From assembly GCA_964252035.1 (NCBI GenBank), contig OZ176210.1: DNA of 64,000 nucleotides. One strand, 5' to 3'. The notes under the pieces were generated by a model. The model was not told where the DNA came from and did no database searches. It saw only the letters and a program-made list of their open reading frames with translations. Both the position numbers and the translations under genes were made by a program. Source of the DNA: Podarcis erhardii (Eukaryota). This document shows, in pieces, positions 23,780-36,640 of the stretch. How positions within the stretch are numbered: position 1 is the stretch's first letter; each line of letters opens with the position of its first letter.

Positions 23780-26622
23780 GTAGAAGTAGTCATTGATCTA
23801 CTTCTTGCACCTCCCGATGGTGGAGATGTCAGGCAGCATCCAGGCGCCTAGGCATCTTCACTTGGTTGCAAGTGGCCAGTAGCCAGGTGCAAAATGCACC
23901 TGCTGCCTGGCAAATTTCAAACACTAATGAAAAGCCTTACGTAGCTATGTTCTATAATTTTTCAGCTTACAAACTATGCTGTGTCCCTTTTTAGATTTCT
24001 TGTTCTATCTTAGTCCTTAAATAAATAAAATAGTTTTAGCAATAGACTTGCATTATCCAAAATAAAATAAAATCATTACAGGTTTCTACATTTATTGTAA
24101 CTGACCTTGAAGCTTTAGGATGTGTTGATTCAAAACCCAAATAAATAGCCAGGTGCTGTTTGGTGACACATGCCTTTTCATTTAAGCCATGGATGGAGAA
24201 TTAGATGCACTGATAGCGGCTGATAGATATCAAGAAACCCAGAGTTCACACTTTAACCTGCAATTAAAATGCAGGTTAAATTCTTTAAAGATAGCCATTC
24301 AGGTATCTTGTGTAATCTTCTATCAGGATTGTATCTCCATTTCAGTTTGTAAGGCACTACCTGTTTGGAATAGGATAAAGACCCATTGTTATTGTCAGAC
24401 CTGTTTCAAGCTAAATATTCTTCTAGTCCTTTGTGGCTGCCATTTTTTATCAGGCATTCAGAACAGCTTTCCTTTGCTGATCTGCCATTTTCGGACATAT
24501 CACTGTTTCACTTGTATGATTTCTGGTGAGACAAGCTCAGACCTGGCTGCTTTTCTCTCAATAACAGAGAAAAGAAATGTCTCTGGTGCCTACTCTGCAG
24601 AGAAAGTTCATTCATGTGTAAATTATCAGTTGGCCTTTATTTGCTTGGCCTGTGGAGAGTACACATGCAGATAAAAGGCTCTGTGGGTCAGGGTTTAGTA
24701 CATGCAGGTTTCTCCAGTGGCCACAATGGCACTGTTAGAATTGTTGTCAAAGATTATCAGACAGGCTAGGATGTCTTATCATTATTTACTTGCAGTTTAC
24801 AGAGTTAAAATAAAATTCTGCAAGCAGGATTCTATTAGAATGTTAGAACAAAATCCACAGCATGACTACTATAAGAAGTACCTTTCTTAATGAGAAATAT
24901 ATAAAGATTCATACAGATCTGTTTAAGAATATCTTTACTTTACTTTACTCTATGTTTCTTTACTTTATTATCCACCTACCATATCACCCTCTACCAATAA
25001 TAGAAAGCAGTTTCATTGCAGTGTCTTCAAAATTTTTGTCTTCCTTATATGTATAGTTGCTAATGTGACTATTGAATCATGGGGAACTGCCTTAAATATG
25101 CTAAGATATTTATTGCACAATTGTATATTCTGCGGTGATGTTTGCACTGGCATAAGAAGTAGGTAGCAGCTGCAGTCTATGTGAGGCTGCAGAAAAGTTG
25201 TTTGATCTACAAGATCAGTAGCCTGTTACTTCGTTGCCTTTCATTGAAACATAATCAAGAATCATTAAGGCCTATTAGCAGCTGTGTTGTAAGTACATTT
25301 TATAATGCAGTTCTCAGAGCCCCAGTTATCCTTACTAAAGTAAAGTTGTTAAGCTACAACTGTCTCTTAGTTACAGGAGGTTGATCATAAATGAGATAGG
25401 ATACTAAGCTTTTGAAATGGAAATTCAAGACCCACAGGATTTGATCCATCAGGTCAGCTTCAATTCAGACATTTGGGACCAACCTGCCATTGAATGGCTG
25501 GTACCCAAGGTCATAGCTGGAAAGAGCATTATTAACATATCTGCATATATTTGTAATGTTATCATGAAAAGAAAAAAAAATATCCAGAATGACAAAATCG
25601 TTTCACATTAGTTTTATTTTTTACTTCCTAATCATTTTCTTGCCCTTCTTACTAGTGATATTTTATATTGGCTGCATTATTAGCATTCACATACTTAACT
25701 TTTGCTTGCTTTATTTTTAAAGTTGCCCTTTGAAATTATATTAGTGTTGATAGTTTGACATTGATTTCCTTCCCTTGATACTTTGTTATTTGGGCATTTT
25801 AAATGCCTAACTAGTTTCTCTAGAAGAAAAATGCCACACTATGTGAGATTGAAAACCTTATTTCTTGAATGTTTCCCGTTTGGCAGAAGGAAGGAGGTGG
25901 GTGTGAAACTCACTGAGAAGGAAGATCACTTGGTTCTTCAGAAAGGCCTCAACACAGCCACTGGTGCAGGAAGAGAAAATTCTGCAGAACTAAATATTTA
26001 TGATGTCATACTTACCTTGGCATTTAGAATACATCTTATATGGTATAGTCCAAAATGCAGATGAATGAAAGCACTGAAATCAGTGATTCATGAGAAGTAT
26101 TGTGACAGATGTGAATAATACCATTATGATTGCTGTTGCAGATTATTTAGATAACTAATCTTGTTTCTGCTTTTTGTAAAATGCTGTACAGTCTTATGTG
26201 ATTACATAAATATGCCCATAAGCTAACAGAGCAGAAGCTATCTCAATGGGGAATGTAAGGAGGGTCACATATGATTACATGGATTTAAGTAGAGTATGTT
26301 CCCGGGTACTTGTGTGCAAAATATAGTAGGTGTACATATCTGTGTGGGAGCCGCTTCTGTGCAGCAACTTTCCAGACCTTCCCTGAAACATGTAACCTGG
26401 TTTATCATGCAAATCTTCATATGAGCTACCCAGAAAAAGCATATAGTACAGTTCTCCTGATACTCCACCACTTCAGAATGCTGTGTCAAAAACTTCCAAG
26501 CTCTGGAAAGCTAACATGTCAGAGAGAATGTTTGTAATCTAGCACAGAGACATGTGATTCCCCTACCTGCATTCTGATGTGGTATAATCAAAGGAGGAGT
26601 ATAATATCTGCGCCCCCCCCCA

Positions 26623-26680
<58 letters not shown>
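26623..26680. repeat. (AT)n(GT)n compound microsatellite
   Basis: Direct inspection. Confidence 0.95.
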
Positions 26681-26681
<1 letters not shown>

Positions 26682-27446
26682 AAAAAATTAATTCAGTTAA
26701 AAGATTTCCAAATGGTGTGACAAAGGAAATCCATCACACATTCATTGACATCAAACCCATCCATTGGCATAAAAACTCCAGGCACCAGTGTCATCAGGCT
26801 GTGCAGTTGTTTAGTCCCTGTCACTCCCTGGTAATTATCAGGGAATCCACAGGTGGTTATTGAACCATCATTTTTTAATCAGTGGAAATTATTCATCTCT
26901 TTTCACACACAATGAAAGCTCAACTATGATATTACAATGTTTGGCACCACTATAAAAAAATTTGCCTTGCTGAATTGGACAAAGTTCTAGTTTTGAACTC
27001 TGCTTCCAATAGTAGAAAGGTAACAAATAGGACATGAGAGTGATAGCCCTGTTTTATTCCTTTTTTGTGATGGGTGATATACTACTTCTGAACATCGAGG
27101 ACCCACTTAGCACTCTTAACTAATAACAGTTGATAGATTTATCTTTCATGAATTTGTCTAATCCTTTTCATAGCCATCTAAGTGAGGGCCATTTCCCCAA
27201 TGTGCAGTGAATTCCATTACTTTTATATATTGTGTAAAGAAATATCTATTTCAGTCTACTACAGCCCATCCGTTTTATTGGATAGCCCAAGAGTCAGTAC
27301 TATATTGTGAAATAGAGATAATCTAGTCACTTACTCCACATTGTTCATAAAGTTATTTATTTCTGTAGTGTTCCCCTTAGACATCTTCTCCACCCCCAAC
27401 ACAAACTAAACTGGACTTGCCTGTGGCTGCAATGTAAGTTTACATA

Positions 27447-28365
27447 TTATTATTATTAATAATAATAGATTTTATTTATATCCCGCCCTCCCCAGCCGAA
27501 GCCGGGCTCAGGGCGGCTAACAACACTAAAACAGTGCAACATTATAAAAACATTATAAAAATTAATTAAAATCAAAATTGATGGCAACCATAAACTAAAG
27601 TTTTGTAAAGATTGCCAAAAAAGGGAGTCAGGCTGCGCCCTGACCAAAGGCCTGGTGGAACAGCTCTGTCTTGCAGGCCCTGTGGAAAGATGTCAAGTCC
27701 TGCAGGGCCCTTGTCTCTTGTGACAGAGCGTTCCACCAGGTTGGAGCCGCAGCCGAAAAAGCCCTGGCTCTAGTTGAGGCCAGCCTAACCTCTCTGTGGC
27801 CTGGGACCTTCAAGATGTTTTTATTTGAAGACCGTAAGTTCCTCTGTGGGGCATACCAGGAGAGGCGGTCCCGTAGGTACGAGGGTTCTAGGCCGTATAG
27901 GGCTTTGAAGGTTAAAACCAGCACCTTAAACCTGATCCTGTACTGTACCGGGAGCCAGTGCAGCTGGTATAGCTCCGGATGAATGTGATCTCGCAGCGAA
28001 GACCCCGTAAGGAGTCTCGCTGCGGCATTCTGCACCCGCTGGAGTTTCTGGGTCAGTCTCAAGGGCAGCCCCACGTAGAGCGAGTTACAATAATCCAGTC
28101 TGGAGCTGACCGTCGCGTGGATCACAGTGGCTAGGTCAGGGCGAGAGAGGTAAGGAGCCAACTGCTTAGCTTGGCGGAGATGAAAAAATGCCACCTTTGT
28201 TATAGCTGCAATCTGCGCCTCCATGGAGAGGGAGGTATTGAAGATTACACCCAAACTCTTAACGGACGGTGCTGGCACTAATTGCACCCCCGCAAGAGAT
28301 GGGAGTTGCCCCCTCAATCCCATATTGTCCCGTCCCAGCCAGAGGACCTCTGTCTTCGAAGGATT
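27447..28365 (-). mobile_element. L2-clade LINE, 5'-truncated, relatively young
   Basis: Uninterrupted ORF 27628-28323 with SRLDYCNSLYVGLP, LQRVQNAAARLLT and LHWLPV motifs of the RT C-terminal region; 3' UTR and (TAA)n tail at about 27447-27470. Confidence 0.92.
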
Positions 28366-30311
28366 ATATTTACAGTTTTCTTTTCAATTCTTTTGTAAAT
28401 GTTTTCTCTTCCTGGACAAATGATTTCCAGTAAGCCTTTTCACTTCAAGATCTTTATCTAGTTGGCTGCAGCCAAGTTAGAGCCATGCACGATACAGATG
28501 TTTATTATGAATAAAATGCCTTCAGTGCCATAGTGTGCTTTCAAATGGGAGTGTAATATCACAAACACATATTTTGCAACAGGTTTTTTAAAAAACAACC
28601 TGTGAAATTTTCCATGAAAAATGTTCTGGGGGAGGGGATGACACACAATAAATAAATTAAATCAATAAATAAAGTTCCACAATAAATACCTGTCTGGAAC
28701 TACTACATTGGGCAAAGAAAGTGGAACCAAGGGTCTTTGGAAGAAAAACTAAACTTGGCAGAAGTCCTCCCAAGTACATTAGAGGAGCAGAGGGAAAGGA
28801 AAAGCATGCAAACCCAAAGCTTCATTCAGCTCACAGAGTCTTGTCCACTTAGTGCTAAACCATGGTTTAGTGTTGCATGTAAACTGGGCTACTGTTCTTC
28901 TGGCTCACTTCCAGCATCTAGTGAATGTAAATAAACATTTGTTATTGGTTTTTATATTTATATTTTTGCCTTTTCTTATAGTGAATTTGTGCTTTTTGTT
29001 TCCCAGTTTGTGCTCTTTTTCAATTTCCTCATGTGAGCACAATTTAAAAATAATTCCTCTTGCCTTTCATAACTTCCTTAATTTGCATTTTGTCTATGAG
29101 CATTCTTTGGCGCTTTTGAGTCTTTTCTGATGAGTCCTATAGATTGCTATTGAATCTATATTATAGTTGTTTTATATAAACTACATGCTTCATAGTGATA
29201 TTTCAACCTTCAGTACCTTCATTTTTGAGAAACTTCCCCTCCTGAATATTGATGAAGGAATATATTCCGCTCATATATGTATGATTGTGAAAGCACATTT
29301 GCACCTGATCTTGTGTACCGCTTAGGTTTAAATCAAGAATCACTTCTGCTCTTGGTGGTCCTTATTACCAAAATGTCATAAAACATCATTTATTATATCC
29401 AGAAATAACATATGAATTTACAATTTACAATTTATGCACTCATTTTTTAAACAGTTGAAGCCACTCATTAGTATTGCTTTTTCTACTTCAGCTACCTCCT
29501 TGGTTTATTTTTTACACCTCAAAATTAACATCGTGTTTTGATGAGGGAGATTCTTACTTTAACCATAAGATTCTGCCAATAGAAGTTTGGAAAGAATTCC
29601 CACCCCCCTTCAGATTTCTAACTTAATGGATAATGCTAAACTTTACAATTTTATTCAGCTATCACAAGCCCCTTACAAAACGCTATCCCAAGTAGCTGTT
29701 TAGATCCAAACATCTTTGAATTTGAAAAACAGATAAGTCATGAGCTATTTCATTTTAATAATATCAACCTGTTTGTACTGTAACAAAATTGTATTTGGCA
29801 GCTATCTATGAATACAAATATGTTTCATATCTATTATTATAGTACCTAATACACAAATATACCACTTTTCAGCATATTAACAACACTTTGTGGCAATTTT
29901 CCTGAAAATATAGTTTATACATCTGTGAAGAGATGTACATGAAATAATTATATGACAAAATAAAAATGCCATAGGTAACAAGCAGATTTGTTTATGAGTA
30001 TAATAATCTTATTTACCATAATAACTAAACTCAAATATAAGTTATTTATAGGCCACATTTTCTGTTTTACTGCTCTAAAGAAGCACTTTTGACTCCTGAA
30101 ACCAGTAGCATGAAAATTACAGCCCTGTTATATTGCAGGTGTACTATGTACTCTAAAAAGAAATAGACTGTGTAAACCTTACAGTACAGGTGAAACTCGA
30201 AAAATTGTGAATATTGTGAAAAGGTGCAGTAGCTATTCAATCCATAACACCTGCAATGGGTTCCTGAGCCTTTAAATGGTCTCTCAGTCTGGTTCAGTAG
30301 GAAGCACAATC

Positions 30312-31584
30312 ATTGGGAAGGCTGCAGTTGTGCAGAAAGCCATCACTAAGACCCTCCATAAGGAGGGAAAGCCTCAAAAGGTAATTGCAGAAGAAGCTGG
30401 ATGTTCCCAAAGTGCTGTATCGAAGCACATTAATGGAAAGTTATGTGGAAGGGAAAAGTGTGGAAGAAAAAGGTGCACAAGCAGCAGGGATGACCGCAGC
30501 CTGGAGAGGATTGTCAGGAAATGACCATTCAAACGTGTTGGGGACTTTCACAAGGAGTGGACTGAGGCTGGAGGTAGTGTATCAAGAGCCACCACACACA
30601 GACGGATCCTGGAGATGGGCTTCAAATGTCATATTCCTCTTGTCAAGCCGCTCCTGAACAAGAAACAACGTCAGAAGCGTCTTACCTGGGCTAAAGAAAA
30701 AAAGAACTGGTCTGTTTCTCTGTGGTCCCAGTCCTCTTTTCTGATGAGAGCAACTTTTGCATCTCATTTGGAAACCAAGGACCCAGAGTCTGGAGGAAGA
30801 ATGGGGAGACACACAATGCCAGATGCTTGAAGTCCAGTGTGAAGTTTCCACAGTTTGTGTTTATTTGGGGAGCCATGTCATCAGCTGGTGTTGGTCCACT
30901 GTGCTTCATTAAGTCCAGGGTCAACGCAGCCGTCTACCAGGAGATTTTGGAGCACTTCATGCTTCCTTCCGCAGACGAGCTTTATGGAGATGCTGACTTC
31001 ATTTTCCAGCAGGACTTGGCACCTGCCCAGACTGCCAAAAGTACCAAAACCTGGTTCAATGCCCATGGGATTACTGTGCTTGATTGGCCAGCAAACTCGC
31101 CTGACCTGAACCCCATAGAGAATCTATGGGGCATTGCTAAGAGAAAGATGGGAGACATGAGACTGAGCAATGCAGAAGAGCTGAAGGCTGCTATTGAAGC
31201 ATCCTGGTCTTCCATAACACCTCAGCAGTATCACAGGCTGATAGAAGAAGAAGAAGAAGAAGAAGAAGAAGAAGAAGAGGAGGAAGAGGAAGAAGAGGAA
31301 GAAGAGTAGGAGTAGTAGTAGTAGTAGTAGTAGTTTGGATTTGATATCCCGCTTTATCACTACCTGAAGGAGTCTCAAAGTGGCTAACATTCTCCTTTCC
31401 CTTCCTCCCCCACAACAAACACTCTGTGAGGTGAGTGGGGCTGAGAGACTTCAAAGAAGTGTGACTGGCCCAAGGTCACCTAGCAGCTGCATGTGGAGGA
31501 GCGGAGACACGAACCTGGTTCCCCAGATTACAAGTCTGCGTTGAGGTAGTAATTGATGCAAAAGGGGCCCAAACCAAGTATTGA
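30312..31584 (+). pseudogene. Tc1 transposase pseudogene
   Basis: HTH region (KEGKPQKVIAEEAGCSQSAVSKH), VLFSDES, QQDLAP-34 aa-NPIEN catalytic triad, C-terminal AKGAQTKY*. Disabled by a damaged start, in-frame TGA at 30522-30524, a frameshift near 30720 and a SINE insertion. Confidence 0.9.
31243..31539 (-). mobile_element. Squamate SINE (5'-truncated, L2-type tail) with an expanded simple-repeat tail, inserted in the Tc1
   Basis: Minus strand reads ...ggtgaccttgggccagtcacac...gatatcaaatccaaac followed by (TAC)n/(TTC)n; resembles the common lacertid SINE. Family name not certain. Confidence 0.8.
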
Positions 31585-34500
31585 GTACATATGCATGCTT
31601 GTACTTCTCAGAGGTCCAATATTGCTCTATTTGCAATCCTTGTTTTGCTGATTTCATTTAATATTTTAATTTTCTGGGATTGTTAATTTGGGGTTTTCAT
31701 CAGCTGTACGCCATAATCATCACAATTATAACAAATAAAGGCTTGACATATCTCGCTTTGCATGTCATGAGTCTATCTCATATATTAGTTTCACCTTTTA
31801 AGTTGAATTACTGAAATAAATGAACTTTTCCATGATATTCTAATTTTCCGAGTTTCACCTGTAATTGCTGCCACTGAAGAGCATTCTTACAATTTACAAA
31901 CAGCATAAGCCATAGAATAAAACTTTCATAAATAACATTTTTTAAAAACACCTATTTGATCCTCTTATGCTATTTCTGATATTTGTGAATACTGTTAATA
32001 CAGGTTATAATGTAGCAGAGAAATCAAATATATATTCTAGCCAGTGTAAATTGTACAGTCACTACTGCAAGCTAATTTAATTGTTTCATCTGAAACACAC
32101 TGAACTTTGAGGTGATTTCAGTATTTTCTATTTAAACATTTCCTTGAACTTTTTTTTTAGAATTAAAAGACTCCCTTTATATTTAAGATTCGTAAGACTT
32201 CAGCCCTCCTGAACCTATATGAGTTTTCTCTTGCTTTTCCAGAGGGATGATTCTTGAATAGTTTGAATGGTCACACATCTACCCAGGACCAGTGTTGGCA
32301 CCTGACACCCTTGGACAGCTGCCAGGGCCCAAGCACTCCCTTAAGCCCCACTATTAACATCTGCCCTAGATCCCCTTTCCTTTGCAATTTGAATTTCCCA
32401 CAATGCCCCTGAAGTAGCAGCGTTCTGGGGCATTAAGAGAAATTGTAATGATGCTGCTTTGATTGCTCCAGCCATGTAAGCTGCCATGACCCACCAACAG
32501 AAAAGGGAGCTCTCCAGATTGCCCAAGGCACCCCAAACCCTGGACTGTCTCTGGGAATAAAATGTGTGATGCACCAACTTCCAGGTAGTTTCAACCATTA
32601 CAATGATACCAGTTTCACTAAAGATCTAGTTTGTCTGAAATACAGACTGCAAAGCTACAATTTTACCATCATGGTGATAAAAATTACCCTTTTCAATGCA
32701 TATTATTTAGAAACATGCATCAGGGTTTACTGGGAGGATGTAGGTTTACAGACGTAGTTGGTGCCTATTTTGAAACATGTTGATATATGGCACATGTATG
32801 ACTTGTGAGTTCAAATAATGATCCACATTAAGAAAAAGTCTAATTTTCAGAGTATCTTTATTAAATGTAGGCTGAGTAACAACTAAACCAGAACATATGG
32901 CATATCCTATTTTTAATGTTCAGTTATCAAACACTCAGTGGACTACCAAAAATAGTCACTATCATATCACTAAGAGTTATCAGTGCAAAGCATCTTAGTC
33001 ATTTTGGCAACAGCAGCAAAAAAAACCCTAATGTAGACTGCTTTCAAAAGATAAATGGGAACTCTTTGATCCTGCTATTAGGCTTTGGGTTGTTTCAGAC
33101 ATTTGAAAATGTTAATTAGAAAACCAAATGCTCCTAATTTAGCACATTATCGTTATAATGTTTAAAATTATCTTATACTATTGCATGTTTACATTATAGA
33201 TCCATCTTTATTGGCTCTATGCTGTGCTTCCCTTCTTTTTCTTCTGTTGAAATGCCAGTTTTTGCATTAACTTATACAGTCCTTTACAAACACTAAACTT
33301 CAATTTGCTAATGCTGCTGGTTTAGACTACTACTATTGGCTTCAGTTAAATCTGCCACTTTTGCATCCAGCACTTTCTAGATGGTTTGCATCTTTCTGCA
33401 GAAGGTTTATCCTTTAAATTAGCATGGCATTTCACTGCACCACCCCATTTTTAAAAACAGTATTATACAGGCAACATCCAATTTGTTGTGTATCAATAAC
33501 CCTCTATAAAGGCATGATCTAGACATCTTATATGGTTGATTTTTAAAAAAATTAAAAGCTTTTCACAAACTCTGTATTTAAAAATAAGTAGGTGTGCAAC
33601 CACTGGAAAGTTTCATATAAGGGAATGTCGCCACTGGGCTAAAAAGGATTCTTCAATTCTGTTATACTGAACATTGAACAAGATAGGTGAACATCAGGAA
33701 CTTTTTTTTTTGAGCAAGGGCCTCAGATCAAAGTTAATACTTGGACTCTGCCTTCTGTAGAAAACACTGACCGTCCCAGTCTACAGTGAATTATTCTACC
33801 ATTTATCTGCTGGGACTCAGCACCTGCCAAAGGAAAGGGCCATACTAACAAAGGTGCCATATTTCCTTTATAATATCAGTGATTGATACTGACTGAAATT
33901 TAAACTATGTTTCGCATTTGGCCCCTCCAGACATTATTCTGTTTCCATGGCAGCATGTTCCTCAGACTACGTCTGTCTCTAAAACATAACACAAAAACTT
34001 ATTTATACAAAATGTGTAGGACTTGTTAAACAGAGCAACAACAAAACCCCATGGGCCAACAATTATTAGGCATAGAGGCAGTAGAGGTAGAACTATATGC
34101 TAAACAGAACTATTTCTCCCTGATGCTACTTGTTTTTAGAACTACTTTTCCTTGGTGTTTGTTCATTGGTGTTTTGGCATTGTAACGTACATATTTTATA
34201 GATGATGACATAGATATTGTTGTTCACCAATTTTTAGCTGATAACTTTTCCATTACAACATCTTGATTTTTATTGTAAACAAAACCTGGGACTTGTAATT
34301 ATAGGTATGGTTTCGATATGATAAGTTGTAAAAACGTTTAAACATCTCTGCACAACAAGGAGACTTACTTTTGAGAATTAACACACACATATATTATATG
34401 CCCCTTGTTATTCCACTTCACCTGAAAGGAATAGGATTTGTCTTTCTTTAGATTCTAGTAACAACTATCACAAGCAGATACAAAAAAACAGACAAATGTT

Positions 34501-36454
34501 GCCCAATTGTCTTGCAGTGTGACATACTCACCAGCAGATTTTAAGATGTTGTTTGGTTTCAAACAACACAGCTCAAGTAGGATAACTCAGTGATTTTCTG
34601 TTTGATGGAGATCACAGCACATTATTTTGAAATAATTAATGTTATTCTGTAATATCTGTCTTTCTTCCCAAATCTCATGCATGGAATTTTTGCTTCTGCT
34701 GAAAGTAGAAAAGAGACCCCCCCACAGGTGGCTGTCATTCTAGGGCCATTCCTTTAATGCTAATGGGACTGCTGTGATGCCAGTGTATTATGGACTCCAC
34801 CCTAAGGACTTTATCAGGAGTCTCTGGATTATTTTGTTTCTATATACTCTCATCTGAAGACTCAAGATGCCAGAAAATGGGTAACTTCATTAAGTACATC
34901 TAGTTTCATTCACCTTGTAGACTTTTCATCAAAGCTCTTAACGAAACCCACAGCTGCTAGTATGCAATTAAAATATTAGTTTCTTTTGACTGATAAAGAA
35001 TGTTTCATTTAGAACACAATTTAAACACATTGTTTGATTCAAGAGTTGCAAACAGATTGTGTACAACAATGCCATCAGAACAAAACATCCTTTTACCAAG
35101 TACAGCTTCAGTTAAATAATTCTCATTTTAAAACTGTGATTAATGAATGGATTGATTACTAATTAATACAATGAATGCTTTCAGCCGCATGTGCTAATTT
35201 CCATGTTAGCCCTGTTTGACAAAACTCATATCTGAAAGACTTTTTGAGTTTACTTTGAACTACAAGCATTAGGCCACTGTGAACCATTTTTTTATGTTTT
35301 AAGTTAGAAAAAATAAGGGTGGACTGTGATACATGTGAAATAAAATAACACACTTATAGCTTGAATATATATATATAGTTCATTTCCAGGCTGACATTCA
35401 GCTGTGGAATTGCAGTATTGAAAGCATTTTCTCCAATATGCTTTTACAGTACATTTTTTGCACATCTAATGTAAACTACTGATTCATTTGCAGAGCTGCA
35501 GCTTTTATCTAGCTTTTTCTCTTTCTTTGACTCATTGGATTATAATAGGCACAGAGTTGTATTGATTACTATAACTTGCATGGGAAAATCTTTCTGCTTC
35601 AGATTGGCTATAAATTATAAATAATGTATCTCAAAAGGCTGTGTGTTAAAAGAAGCAATGTTCTTCTGAGACACTCTCATGTAAAGCTCTTAAGGCAGAG
35701 GTTATTAACTTTATGATTGCACTATTGGTGTACTTGACCCGTAGCAATGATCACTATCCATAAAATCGTAGACTAGATAACCATTGTCTGCCTTTTCCAG
35801 CAAAGTTCATTAGCAGAGACCACCAAAGATCACTCTAATAAGCAGAGGGTCAATATTCACTGCATCAGTATAAATTTGTTTGGTGCAACAATGAAGTTAT
35901 CCTCCCTTCCACTCCAGCTAAAAAAGCAGTGCTGTGTAATTGGGGTGTATAGATTTTGTACATATTGGCTGCTTCTGGACATAATGCTAAACTATTGTTT
36001 AGTGCAGAGATGGGGAACTGTATTTGGCTTGTGGTTTAGAGCCAGATGTGTGGGACTGCCTATCTGCCAATCATCTGATGTCAGGTGATTCAACATCAAA
36101 GGAAGAAGTGGGAGTGCACTCCCAATTCTTCATCTCTTCCTTTGCAGCCCCAGCTTGAATTCAATAAAACATAGTTAATATTAAGCAGAGTTTGAAGTTT
36201 GCTAAGCAGCTGCTAATTAAAAATGGAAGTGAAAACTTCAGATCTCCTCGCAGCCACTCCAGAGCGGAGAAGGGAGCACATGAGTTCAAGGCTCGTGAAC
36301 ATAATGCTAAATTGTATTTTAATATTTAACATCCCTTTAAATTGAAACACATTTGCCATTTTAATGCTCATTCATCCAGTTTATGGTTTTACCACTCTGA
36401 ACAATTTGGTGTCACAACAGACTTGGCCCCCTCACTGCTCACCTGTAACTGCAG

Positions 36455-36640
36455 TTAATGTATGAACAAATTTAAAAGCACTGGTCCAGTGCAGGATCTT
36501 GGGAACCCCACTGTTACATCCTTTTGTTGTGACAACTGTCCATTTCCTACTCTCTTGGGTTCTTCAAATAGTTACTGACCTGCCTTCTTATCCCATGACC
36601 ACTAACTTACTCCCCTTTTGGTTTTTGCCAAAATGATCCA
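36455..36640 (-). mobile_element. Old CR1 LINE RT fragment
   Basis: Plus strand tatgaacaaatttaaaagcactggtccagtgcaggatcttgggaaccccact is the antisense of the GVPQGSVLGPVLF region. Confidence 0.55.

Larger units (their letters stand above)
30187..31861 (+). mobile_element. Tc1-family (DD34E) DNA transposon, decayed, both ends present
   Basis: TIRs CAGGTGAAACTCGAAAAATT (left) and its reverse complement with one mismatch (right, ...ttttccgagtttcacctg); TA duplications at 30185-30186 and 31862-31863; internal transposase. Confidence 0.92.

Noticed and set aside
24189-24674. 161-aa ORF overlapping the GATA cluster
   Set aside because: Cys/Ile/Phe-rich composition typical of non-coding AT-rich DNA, no homology I recognise; the regulatory explanation fits better. 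PhyloCSF would settle it.
31124-31454. Poly-Glu, poly-Leu and poly-Thr ORFs
   Set aside because: Translations of the SINE microsatellite tail; the same applies to the poly-Leu ORF at 41401-41613.
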